In this document: positions 57,670 to 64,000 of the stretch, one piece after another | Layout: every line of letters starts with the position of its first letter | Numbering within the stretch: position 1 is the first letter of the stretch | IMG/VR virus record: IMGVR_UViG_3300028034_000051 | Span: 1-64,000 of that record | Source: a virus | Strand: one strand, 5' to 3' | DNA: 64,000 nt | Notes under the pieces: model-generated | What the model was told of the DNA's origin: nothing | Seen by the model: the letters and a program-made list of their open reading frames with translations, nothing else | Databases searched by the model: none | Made by a program: the position numbers and the translations under genes

Positions 57670-58068
57670 TTAATAATATTTAATTCTTAAATGATAATTA
57701 CAACTAAATAAATCCCGACCATTCTCATCTTTTCCAATGTGGCCAGGCTCTCCTAACGCTTCGCTTACGTACACAAAAATGTAATCACCTAGCCAAAAAT
57801 TATTCTTATCTTTAAGTAAGCTATGAATTTTTTGCAATAAATCCATTCCAACAGAATAATCATCGTTTCTCACTTGAATCATTACTGTTGGATCAGAAGT
57901 AGTATCTTTTTTAGGCGCAAATCCTCCAGTATCAAAGATGGTAATGCAATTAACAGGAGAGGAAGGTTTACTGCCATAATAGATATCACCACCAACATCA
58001 TTTGGTTTAAAAGCCCCAATACTGTTGGTAGCTAAGTATTTACATATTTCTTCACTAAGTACCGACAT
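57670..58068 (-). CDS. Tail terminator/minor structural protein
   Basis: DTGG, QVR, GKDENGR..FSCN. Confidence 0.7.
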   Translation of the reverse strand: MSVLSEEICKYLATNSIGAFKPNDVGGDIYYGSKPSSPVNCITIFDTGGFAPKKDTTSDPTVMIQVRNDDYSVGMDLLQKIHSLLKDKNNFWLGDYIFVYVSEALGEPGHIGKDENGRDLFSCNYHLRIKYY

Positions 58069-58574
58069 TATACTCCTCTCCCTTCCTTATCTAATGCATT
58101 TTCAATAGCTTCAGCTAAGCCTTCAATATAATCTTTAGCATTTTCTTTCAATGGCTTTTCCAAGTATTTAGCTTCTCCACCTTTAGGATGATTAAGGTCT
58201 AACTCCTCATGTTGATATGTAGCATATGGAGTGTTAAAGACCACTTCTCCAATTAACTCATTCATCAATCTCTGTAATGATATATTTCCAGTCTGATAAT
58301 CTCTTATTAATTCAGCAGTTCCTTCACTTACTTGCTCTGTATGAGCTACTTGATCATCGTTTACTTTTGCCAGTCCTGAACCTCTTAACGTTCCTTCATC
58401 AACCGGTGCCCTTCTCATTCCTTCACCTAGTAGATCATAAACGATATTTACCATTTCATCTATAACAGCTTGAATAGCAATTTCTTCAGCATCTTCTAAA
58501 GCTTCTTGGACCCGTTCTATATCATCTTCCAGTTTTTCAATATCTAACTCAAATAACGGTTCATCTTTATTCAT
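58068..58574 (-). CDS. HK97 gp10-like neck protein
   Basis: APVDEGTLRGS, TPYATYQHE, AKYLEKP. Confidence 0.8.
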   Translation of the reverse strand: MNKDEPLFELDIEKLEDDIERVQEALEDAEEIAIQAVIDEMVNIVYDLLGEGMRRAPVDEGTLRGSGLAKVNDDQVAHTEQVSEGTAELIRDYQTGNISLQRLMNELIGEVVFNTPYATYQHEELDLNHPKGGEAKYLEKPLKENAKDYIEGLAEAIENALDKEGRGV

Positions 58575-58882
58575 TTTAAGAACACCCTGAGATACTTGTT
58601 TTCAACTATACCAGGTACATAACCAGATTTAATAACCTCATAACTATTACCGTTCTTTACTATCTCGCTTTGAGGATTTAGTTTAGTAGTATCAGGAGAT
58701 AACCAAACTTCTATTGAAGAAACTATCTCATTTCCTTTATCATCACGAATTAGTTTTGTTTCTTCTTTCCAACGACAAGCAATATCCTGGCCCACAAGAT
58801 TAGTTTTCTTTTTACCACTCCCAGTGGTCCCAAGAAAATTATTAATCTTATCTACTCTAGCATTAAAGTAGCTCTCAATCAT
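58571..58882 (-). CDS. Head closure protein
   Basis: Size and synteny. Confidence 0.55.
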   Translation of the reverse strand: MIESYFNARVDKINNFLGTTGSGKKKTNLVGQDIACRWKEETKLIRDDKGNEIVSSIEVWLSPDTTKLNPQSEIVKNGNSYEVIKSGYVPGIVENKYLRVFLK

Positions 58883-59238
58883 ATAAGATCACCAACTTGG
58901 AACTTATACTTCTTTATCAGTTGCCTAACTGTCGCACAGTAAGCTATCCCATCAATTATATAGGCTTCACTAACCCCTTCGGATATACTTATCCTTTCTA
59001 TTCCTTGAGACTGCATTTTAAGCCTTTGCCTATCTTCTGGTCCTAATTGTAAAAGAAATAAAGCCTGTTCAAATACTGCTTTATTGTAATCTTCAGTACT
59101 CATCCTATTTGCAAAACTTAATGAGTCCACTTGATTTAGGGCCATAGTCAAGGCGGCATTCTTTTTACCATCAGTAGAATTGTCCCATTCGTCAGTCCAG
59201 AGCCGGTTATTGAAATAGTTATTAGCACCACTTAACAT
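58879..59238 (-). CDS. Head-tail adaptor
   Basis: ANNYF..W..K..AL, A..EQAL. Confidence 0.6.
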   Translation of the reverse strand: MLSGANNYFNNRLWTDEWDNSTDGKKNAALTMALNQVDSLSFANRMSTEDYNKAVFEQALFLLQLGPEDRQRLKMQSQGIERISISEGVSEAYIIDGIAYCATVRQLIKKYKFQVGDLI

Positions 59239-59248
59239 GTGGTATCAC

Positions 59249-59653
59249 CTACAATTCTTCAGCAATAGATTCGACAAGTTCATCTTTAGACTTCTTACTA
59301 TAGTTACTGACATCCAATTCACTGGCTAATTTACGTAATAAATCAACCGTTAACTTATCAATAGTTGGCATATCGCTAGCTTTATTTAATTCTTCTTGTA
59401 ATTCCTCTACCTTTTCTTTCATCGCTTCGTACCTTCCAACTGCAACCACTTCCGGACCACCTTCGCTCTTCATCTCTTCTGGGTCCTTAGCAACGCCTAA
59501 ATTAATTAATCTATTAGCTTCATCAATTGGCAACTCAATAACCTTTTTAGGCTCTATCCTTTTACCCTCTCGACGAATAGCCTGTTCTAAAAACACTTCC
59601 TTCATTTTGGCCATAATATCAACCTCCCATAATAGAAATAGGAGAGGCGTCAA
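59249..59653 (-). CDS. Post-capsid protein with Rho-N-like domain
   Basis: LTVDLLRKLA..YSKKSKDELVESI; true start likely the internal ATG (MAKMKE). Confidence 0.7.
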   Translation of the reverse strand: MTPLLFLLWEVDIMAKMKEVFLEQAIRREGKRIEPKKVIELPIDEANRLINLGVAKDPEEMKSEGGPEVVAVGRYEAMKEKVEELQEELNKASDMPTIDKLTVDLLRKLASELDVSNYSKKSKDELVESIAEEL

Positions 59654-59668
59654 CCTCTCCCTTTAGTC

Positions 59669-60700
59669 TTAGATTACTGTAGCCTGGAATACTTCATCTG
59701 CTCTCTCGAACGTAGGAATAGAAGTAGCAGCAGCTTTAGTTACAATTTCCACTGGATCCTTACTGCTTTTATAAGTAACAGCATAGATACCAGGTGCATC
59801 TGTAGCTTCTAAATTATCATCTAATAACGCTTCTTCAGTAGGTCCTAATAACTGACCTCCTAATGCTCCATCTGGCAACATAACAAACTTGTTTTCAGGG
59901 AACATCCTTACACTAGAATAAGCTCCAGCATTATCCTGAGTTCTACCACGAACATTATAAGTAGCAATAGTAGGTAGTCCCATTCTCTCTAATAACTGAT
60001 TTACATCATTAAGAGTAATAACTCTGCTACCGCCATTATCACCAAAGATCATCTGTCTAACTGTAGAGTTTTGGAGCATGTTAGAAGCAACAGTGTTAGA
60101 AGTTAATGCTCTGCTTAATTCAACTCCTGTATCACTAGTGACAGTATTGGCCCATCTTTGAATATCTTCGATAGGATTAGAAGCTGCATCACTCCAAAGA
60201 TTAGAACCACTTAATATCTCCTGATGATCTGCCGGCACTCTATAATCAACTTCTGCTTGGATCTTATCACCAGTAATAGTGATCTTGCCATTAGCTAAAG
60301 CATCCATCTTCATTTTTTCAATTCTAGCTTTAATTGCAGCTACCATATTGTCTAAATCACCAAAAATAGTGTCTCTAACTGCTTCTAAATCTCCTAATCC
60401 TTGTCGATTAAGCTGAACTAATGTATCTCCATCTAATGGAATTTTACGCTTGATAGCAGGAATAGAACCTTCGTCAACGTAAGCTCCTTCTCTACTAGCC
60501 TGATCAGCTTCTACACCAAAAGCGTGAACATTAGCTAATACAGGTGCTCCAGCAGCTCCTTTTACAATCTTATACTTTAATTCATTAGTAGTATCTTCTG
60601 GAAAGAATAAGCTACCAATGTAATTCGGATTAGCTTCTAAGTTTCTAGCATAAGTAGTAGTATACTTTGAATCAAATAAGTCTTTTAAAATTTTATTCAT
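59669..60700 (-). CDS. Major capsid protein (lambda gpE-like family)
   Basis: LFFP, RIEKMKMDAL..G, WSD...NPIEDI. Confidence 0.85.
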   Translation of the reverse strand: MNKILKDLFDSKYTTTYARNLEANPNYIGSLFFPEDTTNELKYKIVKGAAGAPVLANVHAFGVEADQASREGAYVDEGSIPAIKRKIPLDGDTLVQLNRQGLGDLEAVRDTIFGDLDNMVAAIKARIEKMKMDALANGKITITGDKIQAEVDYRVPADHQEILSGSNLWSDAASNPIEDIQRWANTVTSDTGVELSRALTSNTVASNMLQNSTVRQMIFGDNGGSRVITLNDVNQLLERMGLPTIATYNVRGRTQDNAGAYSSVRMFPENKFVMLPDGALGGQLLGPTEEALLDDNLEATDAPGIYAVTYKSSKDPVEIVTKAAATSIPTFERADEVFQATVI

Positions 60701-60731
60701 CCTGTTTCACTCTCCTTATCTTAAATTAGTC

Positions 60732-61295
60732 TTACACAAATGTAATTTGGTCTAAGTCTGTCTTTTCTTTATCGCTTACCGTACCAGGTAATCTAGCTTC
60801 GATAAGTCTAGCTTCATCAATCCCACCGACTGCAATATCCCCGTCAGTACAATCTACATCATGTGGATATAAAACAAATACAGCAGTGGCACTTCCGTCA
60901 GTTACAGTTACTGAATCACCAGTACTTGCAGCTGCTCCTAATTGAGCAGTAAGCGTAATAGTATTAGCTACTTCATCTACAGTATCAATAGTTGCAGTAG
61001 TGCCACCTACATCGATTTCATCACCACTCTGGAAATAAGTAGCATCTACGACAGAAATAGTGGTATCAGTAGATGCAGCATCACTAGCTAATTCTGTAGA
61101 CTTAACAGGTGCATATTTACCACTGGATGTAATCTGTCCTAATCTAGTTCCTAATTCTACAATTTTACGCCCTTCAGTATTTGCTTTAACTTTACTTGAA
61201 TCAATAGTTGCTCCAACAGAAATATAACGTTTCTGTTCAGAATCTAAGATATTAACTTCACCAGTAATATTCGTTCTTTTAATAGATAAATCCAT
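60732..61295 (-). CDS. Head decoration protein
   Basis: GT.LG.ITSSGKYAP, ARLP; upstream of capsid. Confidence 0.65.
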   Translation of the reverse strand: MDLSIKRTNITGEVNILDSEQKRYISVGATIDSSKVKANTEGRKIVELGTRLGQITSSGKYAPVKSTELASDAASTDTTISVVDATYFQSGDEIDVGGTTATIDTVDEVANTITLTAQLGAAASTGDSVTVTDGSATAVFVLYPHDVDCTDGDIAVGGIDEARLIEARLPGTVSDKEKTDLDQITFV

Positions 61296-61311
61296 TATTC
61301 ATCACTCCCTT

Positions 61312-62010
61312 TTATTTATTCCACGGATCTTTTACCTTTTGGTTACTCTTCTGCTTATCTGAATTACTTCTATCTTTAGCTAATTCAGCAGCAGACTTAT
61401 AAGTATCATCACTACCACTAGGGTTACTGTCTCCACCGATATCTTGACCGCCTTCTTTGCTACCGATTAAATCTGGTTTATCTTCTGCAAGTTCATCAAT
61501 TAGCTTACCAGCTCCAAATTTCTTGCCATCTTCACTAGTAATTATATTACCTTCTTTATCAGTAGCAAAAATATTGCCTTCATCATCGACTTTAAGTCTG
61601 TCTTTAAGACCTCTCTTTTCTACTAAAAAGTCAAAATACTCTTCATCTTCAACGCCAGCTTTAGCAGCAGCTAGTTTCAATTCATAATCTTTCTTGAAAT
61701 CATTACTAGCTTCTTGATCCTTCTTTTCTAATTCCTCAATCTTAGTTTCATACTCTTCTATCTTCTCTGGATCAACTAAATCCTCCATCTGCTCTTTAAG
61801 CTGTTTAATTTGCTTATTCTTCTGCTCAATCTCATTTTCATGTAAGTTTCTTTCTCGACCTAATCTTCTATCTAGTGCATCGTCAAATTCTTGCTGAGTA
61901 AGTAAATCATCAGTACTTGGCATTGCATCTTCAATTTGACTTCTTAGCTCATCAGTAACCTCGACATCATTGTTTTTTAATACTTCTAATACTTTATCCA
62001 CAATCAACAT
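61312..62010 (-). CDS. Capsid scaffolding protein
   Basis: TQQEFD..RL.RER, acidic coiled coil, Gly-rich tail. Confidence 0.75.
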   Translation of the reverse strand: MLIVDKVLEVLKNNDVEVTDELRSQIEDAMPSTDDLLTQQEFDDALDRRLGRERNLHENEIEQKNKQIKQLKEQMEDLVDPEKIEEYETKIEELEKKDQEASNDFKKDYELKLAAAKAGVEDEEYFDFLVEKRGLKDRLKVDDEGNIFATDKEGNIITSEDGKKFGAGKLIDELAEDKPDLIGSKEGGQDIGGDSNPSGSDDTYKSAAELAKDRSNSDKQKSNQKVKDPWNK

Positions 62011-62016
62011 CTCCTT

Positions 62017-62142
62017 CCCGATTTTAAGTCTCGTTCGACTCCCGTTTAAGCTCGTCAGCTTTGTCTTAACCAGTATTGTCTTACCCGTATTATAAGCTCG
62101 TCAGCTCCCAACAGAGTTTATTGTCATCCAGCGTCTTGGACA
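62017..62142 (-). promoter_or_regulatory. Repeated small hairpin units in scaffold gene leader
   Basis: AGCT-GACG-AGCT-TA..CGGG twice and AGTC-GAACGA-GACT-TAAAATCGGG abutting the RBS. Confidence 0.55.
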
Positions 62143-62253
62143 TTAGTACATATAATAAAAATAACACCCACTAAGGTGTTTAAGCATAAGAAAAAGCACC
62201 CTTTATTGGATGCTTAAAAGTATCTATTTTATTTTAAAATAAATCAATTTTCT

Positions 62254-62496
62254 TTAATGCAAATATAATTCTATATCAGTAATAATCTCCTCTAATTTTT
62301 TGCCTTGTACTCTAAAATTTTCTAATAATTCATCTATGGTTTCAAACTCAATTGAAGGTTCCCAGGCTTCACCAGCTGCATAAATTCCATGGACAGGACA
62401 AATAGAATATTCTCTCCCATTATATCCAAACTCTATATCTTTAAAGCTTTTTAAGTCTTGGATTAATTCATCAATACTATTATATTTGCCAGCCAT
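62254..62496 (-). CDS. Candidate immunity protein
   Basis: Small acidic ORF directly after toxin-like domain; IEFGYNGREYSI. Confidence 0.6.
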   Translation of the reverse strand: MAGKYNSIDELIQDLKSFKDIEFGYNGREYSICPVHGIYAAGEAWEPSIEFETIDELLENFRVQGKKLEEIITDIELYLH

Positions 62497-62509
62497 TTAA
62501 ATCATCTCC

Positions 62510-63730
62510 TTATTTAGGAAGAATATCTGAATTTAATTTTCTTTCATTCTTGATCACTTCTCGAGTAGTACGATTTTTAAGTTCTCCATTTTCCCACTCA
62601 AAATCATGAGCGTGCTCACCATTTAACCCATATGGATGGTTATCTGGTCTATTATGAGGGTTAGTATCTATTTGTTTAATTATTTTTCCTTGTTTATCAT
62701 AAAATACTCGTTGTTTGATTGGTTGATCTCTACCTTCTAAATCTATTACGCCAAATGGTTTATATGTTTTAGGAGCAGAACTACCAAGTTCTAATACTTT
62801 GTCTGTCTTTATTATACCATTTTCTGTGTCATATTTAAACTCATCTTTATAATATTTTGTTACGTCTTCACCACGTTTTTTAGCATATTTCTCCACCCAT
62901 GGAGTAACAACATGAGCACAATTAGGATGATATGGTGGCCTTTGTTCTAACGCTGGATACCTGTCACTATTACCGGAAATAGCAAAAACCTTGCCTTCAT
63001 ATAAGTTACAAATATCCATACCATCTACATCAACATGTTTACTTATTTTAACCAAATCTAGTTCATTTTTCTGCATGCGATCAATGGTACCTTTAGTTTG
63101 GTATTCACGGGTTCTGGTTCTGGCATACATTCTAGCATACTTAACTGGATCCCATTTGCGCCCAGCAGAATCAACTAACTTTAATCCGTTTTCTCGTAAC
63201 TCCCGGTATATCTTAGAACCTATTTCATCTCCAGTAGTTGTACCACCTAATTTACCCGGTTCCTGTACTACTCTAACCCCTTGTCCTTCTTTAATCCCTT
63301 GCTGGGCTAATTTATCTAATCTATCTCTCATATCATTATTGACCATTTTAACATCTTTAAAAGTCTGTTTCTTAATCTTATCTATAGTTTCTTTGATAAA
63401 CTCTCTATCTCTAGGTTTAAGAGTTATTTTTCCGTTACTATCTCTCTTGACAACTGCATCAACTATATCTAATCCCCGAGTATAGCTCTTTTTCGAAATA
63501 ACTTCAGCCCATTTTTCAACTATTTTATTTAATTTATTAACTTTTGTGTTAACCTCTTTTTGAAAAGCCTTAGCTACCGAAGGATTAAATCCACTTTGTT
63601 CTAATCGATTTATGCTTTTTTCTAGGTCTTTAACAACTTTATCGTAATACTTAAGCATTTTTATTATTTCATCTTTAGTTGGATTTTTTTCTAATCCTTC
63701 AATGTTGTTGAGTTTATCGTATAACTTCAT
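62510..63730 (-). CDS. Minor capsid (MuF-type) protein with C-terminal toxin-like extension
   Basis: DSAGRKW..YARM, C..YEGKV, PPYHPNCAH, then ~125-aa tail with H..P..HP...GEHAHD. Confidence 0.8.
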   Translation of the reverse strand: MKLYDKLNNIEGLEKNPTKDEIIKMLKYYDKVVKDLEKSINRLEQSGFNPSVAKAFQKEVNTKVNKLNKIVEKWAEVISKKSYTRGLDIVDAVVKRDSNGKITLKPRDREFIKETIDKIKKQTFKDVKMVNNDMRDRLDKLAQQGIKEGQGVRVVQEPGKLGGTTTGDEIGSKIYRELRENGLKLVDSAGRKWDPVKYARMYARTRTREYQTKGTIDRMQKNELDLVKISKHVDVDGMDICNLYEGKVFAISGNSDRYPALEQRPPYHPNCAHVVTPWVEKYAKKRGEDVTKYYKDEFKYDTENGIIKTDKVLELGSSAPKTYKPFGVIDLEGRDQPIKQRVFYDKQGKIIKQIDTNPHNRPDNHPYGLNGEHAHDFEWENGELKNRTTREVIKNERKLNSDILPK

Positions 63731-63742
63731 CTAATCACCGCC

Positions 63743-64000
63743 TTACAATACAGGAGCAGTACGTTCTTCGGCTTTTTCTGCTTCTATCCTGCTAATTTCA
63801 TCCTGTATTCTCTGCTCTGACCAGTCTGGATGGTTATATCTCACTTTTTCCTCTGTACTCATAGCTGAAGCTCTGTCTAATGATTCAGTAGTTTCAGCTT
63901 TCTCTTTTGGATCATCAGGCAATCCATCACGCCAAGTAATACTTGGCTCTTCTACTTTATAATTCTGACCATTATGCTCATTATCTAGCTTTTGAGCTAT
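63743..64000 (-). CDS. Portal protein C-terminus (SPP1/A118-like), partial
   Basis: ITWRDGLPDD..MSTEEKV..HPDW..EISRI; open to window edge. Confidence 0.75.
   Translation of the reverse strand: MAQKLDNEHNGQNYKVEEPSITWRDGLPDDPKEKAETTESLDRASAMSTEEKVRYNHPDWSEQRIQDEISRIEAEKAEERTAPVL

Larger units (their letters stand above)
40502..64000 (-). mobile_element. Prophage B (siphovirus-like), right part outside window
   Basis: Portal, capsid, non-contractile tail, lysis and accessory genes ending at the att junction. Confidence 0.93.

Noticed and set aside
4987-63485. Numerous plus-strand ORFs opposite structural and replication genes (e.g. 10327..10797, 31496..32131, 62991..63485)
   Set aside because: Shadow ORFs antisense to well-supported minus-strand genes

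Overview
Low-GC DNA made up almost entirely of two tandem temperate prophages, nearly all genes on the minus strand. Prophage A (1..~40546, left end beyond the window) has a cos/HK97-type head, a contractile tail, replication/recombination and immunity modules, a tyrosine integrase, and a complete diversity-generating retroelement (Mtd-like target-VR, avd, TR, RT; 15 of 15 TR/VR differences at adenines). The junction (40412..40690) is a 45-bp 3' half of tRNA-Val(GAC) with GGCGACA arm-type repeats on both sides. Prophage B (~40502..>64000) is siphovirus-like with a lambda/GTA-type tail tip, a minor capsid protein carrying a toxin-like C-terminus plus a candidate immunity gene, and a decayed TA moron. 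The most unusual element is prophage B's lysis cassette: holin-like gene, GH108 endolysin, a radical SAM gene, and a membrane protein whose in-frame G GGA AAG slippery site opens an unannotated -1 frame encoding an amphipathic beta-hairpin ending in an outer-membrane-protein-like beta-signal (SISAEYNYRF). The host is inferred, not shown, to be a halophilic diderm Firmicute (Halanaerobiales-like). All family assignments are from motif recognition by eye, not database searches.
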